From an uncultured Conexibacteraceae bacterium (lineage in GTDB: Bacteria > Actinomycetota > Thermoleophilia > Solirubrobacterales > Solirubrobacteraceae): a DNA stretch of 64,000 nucleotides. The stretch is taken from assembly GCA_963794585.1 (NCBI GenBank), contig CAWCEO010000005.1, forward strand, positions 156,225 to 220,224, read 5' to 3'. The translations under genes and the position numbers were made by a program. Below are positions 29,053 through 41,043 of the stretch, in pieces. How positions within the stretch are numbered: position 1 is the stretch's first letter; every line of letters begins with the position of its first letter. Under the pieces are notes generated by a model that searched no databases, was not told where the DNA came from, and saw only the letters and a program-made list of their open reading frames with translations.

Positions 29053-29865
29053 TCACACCTCGTAGACGGCGCCCTCGCGGGCGACCGACACCGGACCCTC
29101 AAAGGTGCGCTCGGCCTCGCGGCGTACCCACAGCTCGTCCAGCTCGTCGGAGAAGTGGGTGATGACGAGACGGCCGACCTTCGCGCGGCTGCCGTGCTCG
29201 CCGGCCTCGGCGGGCGTCAGGTGCCCGCGGACGCCGTCACGCTCCGGACGCGGGAGCGTCGCCTCGATCATCAGCAAGTCAGAGCCCTCGGCGAAGCGCA
29301 CCAGGTCATCGGTCGGGGCGGAGTCGGCGCCATAGGTAAAGAGGCCGGTCCGTGGCGATACAGGATCCTTGGTGGTCGAGCGGACCTGGACCGCGCAGGT
29401 CGGCAGCCAATGCGGCACTTCCTGGAAGCGCACCGCCAGCGGACCGACCGTCAGCTCGTCGCCGGGCACGTATTCGTGGATGTCGAAGGCGTTGTCGATC
29501 AGGTCCTCCGCGCCCCACGCGCCAACGACCTGCCGGAAGACCTGCCGTGCGCCCTGCGGGGCAAACAGCTTCGGCTTGGCCGGCCGCGCCGTGCCCGGCC
29601 AGCGATCGACCGGGACCGGCTGCTGACGCGGCGCGTAGGTCAAGGCATAGGCGTAGGGAACGAGGTCGAGGAAGTGGTCGGCGTGCAAGTGCGAGATCAC
29701 GATCGCGTCGACCGCCACGTAGTCGCGATAGCGCCGCAGCTTCGAGAAGACGCCGTTGCCGCAATCGAGCAACAGCGACGTCTGGGCCTCCTCGACGAGG
29801 TACCCGCTGCATGCGCCTCCGGCGTCCTGCCAGGAGGGCGATTTACCCAGCACGGTGATGCGCAC
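29053..29865 (-). CDS. MBL-fold metallo-hydrolase (RNase Z/BN-like)
   Basis: LLDCGNG, SHLHADH, GHLT, ITHF. Confidence 0.88.
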   Translation of the reverse strand: MRITVLGKSPSWQDAGGACSGYLVEEAQTSLLLDCGNGVFSKLRRYRDYVAVDAIVISHLHADHFLDLVPYAYALTYAPRQQPVPVDRWPGTARPAKPKLFAPQGARQVFRQVVGAWGAEDLIDNAFDIHEYVPGDELTVGPLAVRFQEVPHWLPTCAVQVRSTTKDPVSPRTGLFTYGADSAPTDDLVRFAEGSDLLMIEATLPRPERDGVRGHLTPAEAGEHGSRAKVGRLVITHFSDELDELWVRREAERTFEGPVSVAREGAVYEV

Positions 29866-29912
29866 CCTTGATCCTTCTGTCCGCTGGGCGGGAGCGTAAA
29901 CGCCGAGCGGCG

Positions 29913-30848
29913 CTAGGCGACGGCCGCGAGCGCGCGGCCGGTCGGCAGGGCACGGGCCGCGGCGCGGAGCGCTTCGATGACGTGATCGACGAGCGGGTCG
30001 ACCTCGCCGACGCGGACGGCGGCCTGGATGCGACGGGCCGGCGGCTGGCCGCGCAGCGGGATGATCGCGACGTCGGAGCGGATGTTGGCGGTGGCGAGGC
30101 TCGGGATCAGCGCCACGCCGACCCCGGCGGCCGCCATCCCCTGCAGCGCCGGATAGTCATCAAAGGCGAGGCGGACGTCGGGCTCAAAGCCCGCGTCGCG
30201 GCACGCGCGCAGCACGATGTTGGAGTCCGGGCAGGTGCCGCCGACGTCGGGCATCAGCCAACCCTCGCCGGCGAGCTCGTCGAGACCGACCGATGCGCGG
30301 TTGGCCATCGGATGGTCGCTGGCCATGACGAGCAGCAGCGGGTCCTCGCAGAGGTGGACGTGCTCGACGCCGGGTCGCACCCCCATCGGCGACAGCTCGG
30401 AGTCGATGATGGTCGCAAGGTCGAGGCGGTCGGCGAGCATCGCGTCGATCGCGTCCTCGGGCTCGATGACCTTGACCTCCATGCGCAGGTCGGGACGCCG
30501 CGCCCGCAGGTCCCGAGTAGCGCCCGGAAGCAGGCCCGCGGCGAGGGTGGCGAAGGCACCGATGCGCACGGTCGGCCGGCCGGCGCCCGCTGCCTCGCGC
30601 ACCTCCTCTTCAGCACGGCGTGCCGCGTCGAGCAGCGCCGCGGCCCGGGTGAGCAGCAGCTCGCCGGCGGGCGTGGGATGCACGCCGCGCGCGTCACGAT
30701 CCAGCAGCCGGACACCAACGACCGCCTCAAGGCGCGCAACGTGCTGGGAGACCGCCGGCTGCGTGTAGCCCAAGACGGTGGCCGCATCGCTAAAGGACCG
30801 CCGCAGCGCGACCTCACGAAACGTCGTCAGGAGCTTGAGATCGAGCAT
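29913..30848 (-). CDS. LysR-family regulator
   Basis: SFSDAATVLGYTQPAVSQHVARLE HTH; GVGVALIP. Confidence 0.93.
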   Translation of the reverse strand: MLDLKLLTTFREVALRRSFSDAATVLGYTQPAVSQHVARLEAVVGVRLLDRDARGVHPTPAGELLLTRAAALLDAARRAEEEVREAAGAGRPTVRIGAFATLAAGLLPGATRDLRARRPDLRMEVKVIEPEDAIDAMLADRLDLATIIDSELSPMGVRPGVEHVHLCEDPLLLVMASDHPMANRASVGLDELAGEGWLMPDVGGTCPDSNIVLRACRDAGFEPDVRLAFDDYPALQGMAAAGVGVALIPSLATANIRSDVAIIPLRGQPPARRIQAAVRVGEVDPLVDHVIEALRAAARALPTGRALAAVA

Positions 30849-30917
30849 CACGAACCATGATCCCAGCCAGGTCAAGTCATCAGTGGGCCTAATCCAGTTG
30901 GCAGGCCCGTCGCGCGT

Positions 30918-32024
30918 CTAGAAGGAGGTGATGACGGTGCGCACGCCTTCGTGGCGATCCATCGCCGCGAAGGCCTCGTTGACGCCGTCCAGCGCGATGC
31001 GGTTGGTCACGAAGGCTTCGAGGTCGAGGTCGCCAGCGAGATAGAGCTCGACCAGCTCCGGCACGCGGTCACGACCCTTGGCGCCGCCGAACGACGCGCC
31101 CGCGATCCGACGACCCGTGATCAGAAAGCGCGGGATGACCTCCAGCACCTCGCCCTTGCCGGCCACGCCGGCCACGGTTGCCAGCCCCCAGCCCATCCGT
31201 GCCGCCTCGACCGCCTGGCGCATGACCTTCACGTTGCCGGTTGCTTCGAAGGTGTAGTCGGCGCCGAAGCCGTCGGTCATGTCGAGGATCTGCTGCACCG
31301 CGTCCTCACCTCCAAGGAACGTGTCGGTCGCGCCATGCGCGCGGGCCTGCGCCAACCGTCCCTCGTCCAAGTCCACGCAGATGATGCGCTCCGCGCCCGC
31401 CAACCGCGCCCCGGCGACCGCGCCCAGGCCGACGAGGCCCGCACCGAAGACCGCGCACGTCGAGCCGCGCTGCACCTTGGCGATGTAGAGCGCAGCACCG
31501 ATGCCGGTGGTTGCGCCACAGGCCAGCGTCGCGACCGCGTCCAGCGGCGCCTCCGGGTTGATCTTGGCCAGCGCGATCGACGGCATCACGGTCGCCTCGG
31601 CGAAGGTCGAGGTGCCCATGAAGTGGCGGATGCGCTCCTCACCGCGGTGCAGCCGCGTCGTCGCGTCGGGCAGGTAGCCGAGGTTCTGCTGCTCGCGGAT
31701 CGCCAGGCAAAGATTGGTCTTGTCGCTGCGGCAATGCAGGCACTCGCGACACTGCGGCGAGAAGAGCGTGACGACGTGATCACCGACCGCGAGGTCCGTC
31801 ACGCCCTCCCCCAGCGCCTCGACCACGCCCGCGCCCTCGTGCCCGAGGACCGTCGGCGCATAGCCCGACGGGTCGGCGCCCGACGCCGTGTACATGTCGG
31901 TGTGACAGACCCCGCATGCGTGGAGTCGCACAAGGACCTCGCCAGGTCCAGGCCCGTCGAGATCGACCTCCTGGACGACCAGCGGCTGAGCGAATTCCTC
32001 GAGGACGGCGGCGCGGATCTTCAT
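30918..32024 (-). CDS. Zn-dependent class III-type alcohol/formaldehyde dehydrogenase
   Basis: GVCHTD, LGHEGAGVVE, CRECLHC...NLC, HFMGTSTF, GAGLVG. Confidence 0.9.
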   Translation of the reverse strand: MKIRAAVLEEFAQPLVVQEVDLDGPGPGEVLVRLHACGVCHTDMYTASGADPSGYAPTVLGHEGAGVVEALGEGVTDLAVGDHVVTLFSPQCRECLHCRSDKTNLCLAIREQQNLGYLPDATTRLHRGEERIRHFMGTSTFAEATVMPSIALAKINPEAPLDAVATLACGATTGIGAALYIAKVQRGSTCAVFGAGLVGLGAVAGARLAGAERIICVDLDEGRLAQARAHGATDTFLGGEDAVQQILDMTDGFGADYTFEATGNVKVMRQAVEAARMGWGLATVAGVAGKGEVLEVIPRFLITGRRIAGASFGGAKGRDRVPELVELYLAGDLDLEAFVTNRIALDGVNEAFAAMDRHEGVRTVITSF

Positions 32025-32052
32025 GGCGCCGACCTTAACGCGCGCGGCGCTT

Positions 32053-32283
32053 CTAGCTGTGGAGCGCTGCCTGCTCCTGGGCGTTGGGGAACGCCCAGGC
32101 GGCGGTGGTGCGACCCTGCTGGCGGAAGTGGAAGCGCAGCTGGCGGGCCGGACGCAGCCCTTCGGGATGGTCAGGACGGAACGTCGAGCAGGGCTCGTCG
32201 AGCGCCAGAGCGCAGAGCATGTTGCAGCGGAAGTAGCACTCCTCGCAGCTCGGCTTCTTGCCCTTGGCGCGCGCCTTCGACAT
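32053..32283 (-). CDS. Small Cys-rich hypothetical protein
   Basis: CEECYFRCNMLCALALDEPC; start uncertain (alternative GTG 32322). Confidence 0.65.
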   Translation of the reverse strand: MSKARAKGKKPSCEECYFRCNMLCALALDEPCSTFRPDHPEGLRPARQLRFHFRQQGRTTAAWAFPNAQEQAALHS

Positions 32284-32370
32284 CCGTGGTCCCGACTCCC
32301 TCTGCTCGACCGGCTCGTTCACGACGGTGCCATCGAACCACGTCCGGACCGACCCCTGCAACGGGCCTTC

Positions 32371-32441
32371 CCGCAAATGCCGGTAAACGCCGAAATACCT
32401 GCTAATAGCGGGAATTTGGCGCCGTTTACCGGTGTTTGCGG
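32371..32441. repeat. Long imperfect inverted repeat between divergent genes
   Basis: ccgcaaatgccggtaaacg ... cgtttaccggtgtttgcgg with nested inner pairing. Confidence 0.75.
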
Positions 32442-32511
32442 CGAGGATGGCGCAAAGACCTCCGCGACCGCGGACGACCTGCTATCGAAGTCCTATATGT
32501 TGATGGACGCG

Positions 32512-33453
32512 ATGCCGCGTGTCCTCGTCACCGGCGCCAGCGGCTACGTCGGCGCGGCGCTCATCCCCCGCCTGCAGGCCGCGGGTGAGACGGTGCGCGC
32601 GTTCGCCCGTGACCCCGCGCGCGTGGCCGCGGCCGGTGTCGATATCGATGGCCTGGAGATGGCCACCGGCGACGCCGTCAGTGGCGCAGGCCTCGACGCC
32701 GCGCTCGACGGCATCGACGTCGCCTACTTCTTGATCCACTCGATGGAGAGTGGCGCGGCGATCGCCGACGGCTTCCGCGACCGCGACCGCCGCGCCGCGG
32801 AGCAGTTCGCCGAGGCCGCCCAGCGTGCCGGCGTGCGGCGCGTCGTCTACCTCGGCGGGCTCGTGCCCGACACCGGCATCGCCTCAGACCACCTCGCCAG
32901 CCGGTTGGAGGTCGAGCAGACGCTGCTGGAGGCCGCGCCAGAGGCGTTGGCGCTGCGCGCCTCGATCGTCATCGGCGCCCGCTCACGCTCGTTCCGGTTC
33001 CTCGTGCGCCTGGTCGAGCGCGTGCCGGTCATGCCGCTGCCGGCCTGGCGGGAGAACCGCACGCAGCCGATCGACGGCCGCGACGTGCTGTCGTTGCTGG
33101 TCGCCGGCGGCCGCTCGCCGGCCGTCGACGGCCCGCTGTCGCTGGACATCGCCGGCCCCGACATCGTCACCTACGGCGAGTTGGTCACGCGGATCCGCGA
33201 TGCGCTGCTCGTGGGCCGTGCGCCGATCCGTCTCGGCTTCAGCCTGACGCCGGTCGCCAGTCGCGTCGCCGCAGCGATCGCGGGCGAGGACCATGCGCTG
33301 ATCGGTCCACTGATGGAGGGACTAGAGGGAGACCTCCTGCCGCGCGACGGCCGCGCCTCGGGCCTCCTCGGCGTCCGATTGCACCGCCTCGACGCCGCGA
33401 TCGAGCGCGCCCTGCGGGATTGGGAAGCGACCGAGGAGCTGCGGGCACGCTGA
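32512..33453 (+). CDS. NAD(P)H-binding SDR/NmrA-like protein
   Basis: VLVTGASGYVG, AYFLIHSM, VVYLGGL, HLASRLEVE. Confidence 0.88.
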   Translation: MPRVLVTGASGYVGAALIPRLQAAGETVRAFARDPARVAAAGVDIDGLEMATGDAVSGAGLDAALDGIDVAYFLIHSMESGAAIADGFRDRDRRAAEQFAEAAQRAGVRRVVYLGGLVPDTGIASDHLASRLEVEQTLLEAAPEALALRASIVIGARSRSFRFLVRLVERVPVMPLPAWRENRTQPIDGRDVLSLLVAGGRSPAVDGPLSLDIAGPDIVTYGELVTRIRDALLVGRAPIRLGFSLTPVASRVAAAIAGEDHALIGPLMEGLEGDLLPRDGRASGLLGVRLHRLDAAIERALRDWEATEELRAR

Positions 33454-33488
33454 GCCGCGCCCGGCAGCACCGTCTAGGGTCTTCCCAC

Positions 33489-33926
33489 GTGAGCGCTGTG
33501 GCCACGAGCATCGACATCGACGCGTCCCCTGAGGACGTCTGGCGCACCGTCATGGATCCCACGCGCCTGGGCGAGTGGGTGACCATCCACCGCAAGCTCG
33601 TCTCCTACTCCGAAGACGAGATGGAGCAGGTGCTGCATCTCCGCGGCGCCAACTTCAAGGTCAAGTGGCACCTCGACTCCAGCCGAGCGCCCCACCACGC
33701 GACGTGGAAGGGCCGCGGCCCGGCCCGCTCACATGCCGAGACCGAGTACCGCCTGGCCGACAACGGCAACGGCGGCACGCGCTTTGACTACCGCAACGAG
33801 TTCAAGGCACCGCTCGGCCCGCTCGGCGCCTTTGCCAGCCACGCGCTAGTCGGCGGCTTGCCGGCCAAAGAGGCCGACGCGTCGCTGCGCAAGCTCAAGG
33901 CGCTCGTGGAGCGCGGGCGACGCTAA
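33489..33926 (+). CDS. SRPBCC/polyketide cyclase-family protein
   Basis: SIDIDASPEDVW...SLRKLKALVE pattern. Confidence 0.85.
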   Translation: MSAVATSIDIDASPEDVWRTVMDPTRLGEWVTIHRKLVSYSEDEMEQVLHLRGANFKVKWHLDSSRAPHHATWKGRGPARSHAETEYRLADNGNGGTRFDYRNEFKAPLGPLGAFASHALVGGLPAKEADASLRKLKALVERGRR

Positions 33927-34092
33927 CGCGGCGCGGGCGGAGGCCGGCGGGGCGGGCGGCATCAGAACCCCTGCATCCGTCCAGGTTCACGGCCGCCGAG
34001 CAGAACTAAAACACTGAGATCCAGCTGGGCGATCAGAAGCCCGATGAGCTCCCCCGTGAATGTCTCAGCGGTGCACGTCACCTTGCTTCGCA

Positions 34093-34121
34093 TTGACCTT
34101 CACCTAGTTCCATGTGACACT
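34093..34121 (+). promoter_or_regulatory. Possible sigma-A-type promoter
   Basis: TTGACC-N17-GACACT with TGn extension in a locally AT-rich tract upstream of the 34166 gene. Confidence 0.4.
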
Positions 34122-34165
34122 CACTTCCACTAATAGTAACTCTCACGAAGGCAACGACCCACGTC

Positions 34166-34576
34166 ATGGCAGATTTCCTGGACGAGAAGCGGCGCGAGAT
34201 GCAGGAGCGCCTCAAGGAGCTTCGCCCGTTGGTGGACGAGTTCCACCGCTTGGAAGCCGCAATCTCCGCACTCGACGGCGTCGGCAGCGATGCCGCGCCA
34301 ACCCCGGCTCCCCGCCGTCGATCGAAAGCCTCCACCAATGGAGCCGCGACGCGCGGCACGAGCAACGGCCGTCGCGGCCGGCCGCGAGGCTCGGGAACCC
34401 GCGGCAAGCAGGCGCTAGAGCTCGTCAAGGGCAATCCCGGAATCACCATTCCGGAGATTGCACAGAAGATGGGCATCCAGCAGAACTACCTCTACCGGGT
34501 GCTCCCCGGCCTGCAGAAGGAGGGCCTCATCCGCAAGGAGGGCCGCGGCTGGCACGCGATGGACGCGTCCGAGTAG
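34166..34576 (+). CDS. Coiled-coil / AT-hook-like / winged-helix DNA-binding protein
   Basis: N-terminal heptads, RRGRPRGS, ALELVKGNPGITIPEIAQKMGIQQNYLYRVL..L.KEGLIRKEGRGW. Confidence 0.8.
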   Translation: MADFLDEKRREMQERLKELRPLVDEFHRLEAAISALDGVGSDAAPTPAPRRRSKASTNGAATRGTSNGRRGRPRGSGTRGKQALELVKGNPGITIPEIAQKMGIQQNYLYRVLPGLQKEGLIRKEGRGWHAMDASE

Positions 34577-34585
34577 CCACACCGT

Positions 34586-34615
34586 CGCGGGAATGGCCCG
34601 TGAGCCATTCCCGCG
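34586..34615. terminator. Hairpin between convergent genes, probable bidirectional terminator
   Basis: Perfect 12-bp stem cgcgggaatggc/gccattcccgcg with 6-nt loop. Confidence 0.7.
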
Positions 34616-34629
34616 GAGTTGCTCCGGGC

Positions 34630-35607
34630 CTAGCCGATGAGGCCGAGCCCCTTCACCGCATCGCGCTCGCCCTTGAGCTCGTTGACAGTGATGTCGATCT
34701 TGGACTGGGCGAACTCGCCGACCTCCAGGCCTTCGACGATCTCATAGCTACCGCCGCTCACACGGACCGGGAAGCTCGAGATCAAGCCTTCGTCAACGCC
34801 GTACTGGCCGCCTGACGGCACGGCCATCGAGACCAGGCCCTCGGCGCCCAGCGCCCAGTCGTGGACGTGGTCGATGGCCGCGTTCGCCGCGCTCGCGGCG
34901 CTAGAGGCGCCACGCGCCTCGATGATCGCCGCACCCCGCTTGCCGACGTTGGGCAGGTACTCGTTCTCATACCAGGCCATGTCATCGACAGCCTCGACGG
35001 CTGATTTGCCGTTGACCTTGGCGTTGAACAAATCGGGAAACATCGTCGGTGAGTGATTGCCCCAAATGACGAGATCCTCGATGTCGGTCAGTGCAACACC
35101 AAGCTTGCTGGCGAGCTGGCCGTAAGCGCGATTCTGGTCCAGGCGCGTCATCGCGGTGAAGCGCTCGTTCGGGACGTCGGGCGCGTTGTTCATGGCGATC
35201 AGCGCGTTGGTGTTGGCCGGGTTGCCGACGACGAGGATCTTGATGTCATCAGCAGCGTGGTCGTTGATGGCCTTGCCTTGGGGCTTGAAGATCGCGCCGT
35301 TGGCCTCGAGCAGGTCGGCGCGCTCCATGCCGGCGGTGCGGGGACGGGCGCCGACGAGCAGGCCGACGTTGGTGCCGTCGAAGGCCTCGTTGGGGTCGGA
35401 GGTGATGTCGATGGCCTCCAGCAGCGGGAAGGCGCAGTCGACGAGCTCCATCGCGGTACCTTCAGCAGCCTTCAGCGCGGGCTCGATCTCCAGCAGGCGC
35501 AGGCGGATCTTCTCGTCTGGGCCGAGCAGCTGACCCGACGCGATGCGGAAGAGGAGGGCGTATCCGATGGCGCCGGCCGCGCCGGTCACCGTGACAGTCT
35601 TGGGCAT
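34630..35607 (-). CDS. mdh: Malate dehydrogenase
   Basis: [43 protein letters not shown]. Confidence 0.97.
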   Translation of the reverse strand: MPKTVTVTGAAGAIGYALLFRIASGQLLGPDEKIRLRLLEIEPALKAAEGTAMELVDCAFPLLEAIDITSDPNEAFDGTNVGLLVGARPRTAGMERADLLEANGAIFKPQGKAINDHAADDIKILVVGNPANTNALIAMNNAPDVPNERFTAMTRLDQNRAYGQLASKLGVALTDIEDLVIWGNHSPTMFPDLFNAKVNGKSAVEAVDDMAWYENEYLPNVGKRGAAIIEARGASSAASAANAAIDHVHDWALGAEGLVSMAVPSGGQYGVDEGLISSFPVRVSGGSYEIVEGLEVGEFAQSKIDITVNELKGERDAVKGLGLIG

Positions 35608-35649
35608 AGCCCAAAACCTATCGGTGCCGAACGCTTGCCGCGTGGTGGC

Positions 35650-38305
<2,656 letters not shown>

Positions 38306-38355
38306 CGTCGAGTTGCCTCAAAGCCTGAACGGTGGTTCACTTCTTGGTGACCGCC

Positions 38356-38988
38356 ATGCCGTACCGACCTACCGAGCGCACCGAGGCACGCCGCACGCAG
38401 ACGCGCGCGAAGATCGTGCGTGCCGCGCTGGCGCTCGTTGCGCGGGGCGGCTACCGCGAGGCGCAGGTCGCCGCGGTCGCCAAGCGCGCCGGCGTGGCCA
38501 CCGGCACGGTCTACCGCCACTTTCCCTCCAAGGCCGATCTGCTCACCGAGGTCTTCCGCGTTGCCTCCCAGCACGAGGTCGACGCGGTCGCCCAGGCCGG
38601 TGGCGAGACCGCGCAGGAGCGGCTCATCGCCGCCGTCGACACCTTCGCCCGCCGCGCCCTGGCGGGCCGGCGGCTGGCGTGGGCACTGCTGGCCGAGCCG
38701 GTCGATCCCGCGGTCGAGACCGAGCGGCTGCAGTTTCGCCGCGCCTACGCCGACACCTTCTCCGCCACGATCGCCGAGGGCGTCGCGCGCGGAGAGTTGC
38801 CACCGCAGGACCCCGCCTTCACCGCGACCGCGCTTGTCGGCGCGATCGGCGAAGCGCTCGTCGGGCCGCTCTCCCCCACCCACGCCGACACCGACGTCGA
38901 CGTGCTGGTCTCCCGCCTCATCACCTTTTGCCTGCGTTCCACCACCGATCAGGAGCTCTCTGAAGATGTCCACCGTCGCGCGGCCTGA
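38356..38988 (+). CDS. TetR-family regulator
   Basis: VAAVAKRAGVATGTVYRHFPSKADL. Confidence 0.92.
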   Translation: MPYRPTERTEARRTQTRAKIVRAALALVARGGYREAQVAAVAKRAGVATGTVYRHFPSKADLLTEVFRVASQHEVDAVAQAGGETAQERLIAAVDTFARRALAGRRLAWALLAEPVDPAVETERLQFRRAYADTFSATIAEGVARGELPPQDPAFTATALVGAIGEALVGPLSPTHADTDVDVLVSRLITFCLRSTTDQELSEDVHRRAA

Positions 38989-40648
38989 AGCCGAGACGTA
39001 CGCCACCCACGAGGTCCGCAACCAGGTCCCGCCGCTGGAGGGCCGCAACCTCTTCCTCGACCACACAGCCCTTGTTGAAGGACTGGCTCGTGAGGGCGGC
39101 GGCTGGGCGCATGACCGCGCCGTCGAGGTCGGAGCGTTCTGGGGCGGCGAGCCGCTGGTGTGGGGTGAGCAGGCCAACGGCAACCCGCCGGTGCTGCACA
39201 CCCACGACCGCTTCGGCAACCGCCTCGACGCCGTGGAGTTCCACCCCGCTTGGCATCAGCTGATGGCCCGCGGCGTGCACGACGAGATGCACGCGCTGCC
39301 GTGGAACGACCCCCAGCCGGGGGCGCAGGTCGCCCGAGCGGCGATCTACATGTCGGGCACGCAGGCCGACGCCGGCTTCGGCTGCCCGATCACCATGACC
39401 TTTGCGGCAGTGCCCGCCCTGCGCGCCACCCCGTCGATCGCCGACGAGTGGATCCCGCGCCTGACCGCCCGCGGCTATGACGGCGCGCTGAAGCCCGCCT
39501 CCGAGAAGCCGGGCGCGATCTGCGGCATGGCGATGACCGAGAAGCAGGGCGGTTCGGACGTCCGCGCCAACACGACGGTGGCCACCCCGCTCAACGGTGG
39601 CGGCGAGGGCGCGGAATACCAGCTCGTCGGCCACAAGTGGTTCTGCAGCGCGCCGATGAGCGACCTCTTCCTGGTCCTCGCCCAGACCGACGAGGGCCTG
39701 AGCTGCTTCGCCGTCCCCCGCTTCTTGCCCGACGGCGCCAAGAACGACGGCTTCCAGCTGCAGCGCCTCAAGGACAAGTTGGGCAACAAGTCCAACGCGT
39801 CGTCGGAGGTCGAGTTCAAGGGCGCCTGGGGCCAGATGCTCGGCGAGCCCGGTCGTGGCGTGCCGACGATCATCGAGATGGTCGGCCACACCCGCCTGGA
39901 CTGCGTGATGGGCGGCGCCGGCGGCATGCGCACCGCGGTCTCGCTCGCGACCTGGCACGCGATGCACCGTGCAGCGTTCGGCAAGACGCTGATCGACCAG
40001 CCGCTGATGCGCAACGTGCTCGCTGACCTCGCGATCGAGAGCGAGGCCGCGACGGCGCTGACGCTGCGGCTCTGCCGCGCCTACGACGAGGCCGCAGCGG
40101 GCGACGAGCGTGCCGACCTCTTCAAGCGGCTGGCCACCGCTGTGGCCAAGTACCACGTTTGCAAGCGCGTCCCCAATCACGCCTTCGAGGCGCTGGAGTG
40201 CCTCGGTGGCAACGGCTACGTCGAGGCGTCAGGCATGCCGCGCCTCTACCGCGAGGCACCGCTCTGCTCGATCTGGGAGGGCTCGGGCAACGTGATGGCC
40301 TTGGACGTGTTGCGCGCGCTGTCGCGCTCGCCCGAGTCGCTCGACGTCTTCTTGGAGGAGCTCGACGCCGCCACTGGCCAGGATCAGCGTTACGACGCTT
40401 ACGTCCAGACCGTGCGCGGTGAGTTCTCCCGACCGGCTGAGCTGGAGCATCGCGCGCGGCTGGTCGTCGAGCGGATGGCCGTCGCGCTGCAGGCCTCGCA
40501 GCTGCTGCGCCACGCGCCTGCCGCGGTGGCCGACGCGTTCGTCGCCACGCGACTAGGCGGCGACGGCGGCGTGCACTACGGGACGCTACCGCCCGGGACG
40601 AACGTCGACGCGATCATCGACCGCCACGCGCCGGTGGTGGCAGCATGA
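38966..40648 (+). CDS. AidB-like acyl-CoA dehydrogenase
   Basis: THEVRNQ, CPITMTFA, MAMTEKQGGSDVRAN, GHKWFCSAP, SIWEGSGNV. Confidence 0.9.
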   Translation: MSTVARPEAETYATHEVRNQVPPLEGRNLFLDHTALVEGLAREGGGWAHDRAVEVGAFWGGEPLVWGEQANGNPPVLHTHDRFGNRLDAVEFHPAWHQLMARGVHDEMHALPWNDPQPGAQVARAAIYMSGTQADAGFGCPITMTFAAVPALRATPSIADEWIPRLTARGYDGALKPASEKPGAICGMAMTEKQGGSDVRANTTVATPLNGGGEGAEYQLVGHKWFCSAPMSDLFLVLAQTDEGLSCFAVPRFLPDGAKNDGFQLQRLKDKLGNKSNASSEVEFKGAWGQMLGEPGRGVPTIIEMVGHTRLDCVMGGAGGMRTAVSLATWHAMHRAAFGKTLIDQPLMRNVLADLAIESEAATALTLRLCRAYDEAAAGDERADLFKRLATAVAKYHVCKRVPNHAFEALECLGGNGYVEASGMPRLYREAPLCSIWEGSGNVMALDVLRALSRSPESLDVFLEELDAATGQDQRYDAYVQTVRGEFSRPAELEHRARLVVERMAVALQASQLLRHAPAAVADAFVATRLGGDGGVHYGTLPPGTNVDAIIDRHAPVVAA

Positions 40649-41043
40649 GCGCCCCGCAGCGGTTCCGTGCCGCGGTCGAAGCCTGGGATCTCGACGCCGC
40701 GCTGGCGACGCTGGCACCGGACATCACGTTTCACAGCCCCGCGGTCTTCCAGGAGTACCGCGGCGTCGAGACCGTCGGCGGCCTGCTGCGCTGCGTCTTT
40801 GAGACCTTCGAGGACTTCCGTTACACCGACGAGCTCGCCGGCAACGGCGACGACCCGGTCCACGCGTTGATCTTCCAGGCGCGTGTGGGCAACCGCACGT
40901 TGGAGGGCATGGACCTGCTGCGCATCGGCCCCGACGGGCTGATCGCGGATTTCACGGTGATGGTCCGGCCGTTGTCGGGCCTGATCGCCCTGGCCCAGGC
41001 GATGGGGCCGAAGGTCGAGGCCGCAGGGCTGAAGGCCGGCTAG
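40645..41043 (+). CDS. SnoaL/NTF2-like protein
   Basis: LAPDITFHSP, FEDFRYT, DGLIADFTVMVRP; ATGA overlap. Confidence 0.85.
   Translation: MSAPQRFRAAVEAWDLDAALATLAPDITFHSPAVFQEYRGVETVGGLLRCVFETFEDFRYTDELAGNGDDPVHALIFQARVGNRTLEGMDLLRIGPDGLIADFTVMVRPLSGLIALAQAMGPKVEAAGLKAG

Noticed and set aside
33965-34080. TPP or SAM-I riboswitch, or 6S RNA assignment
   Set aside because: Fragments such as CTGAGA and GAACCTG occur but not in the required order on one strand, and no matching metabolic gene follows; kept only as an unassigned structured candidate
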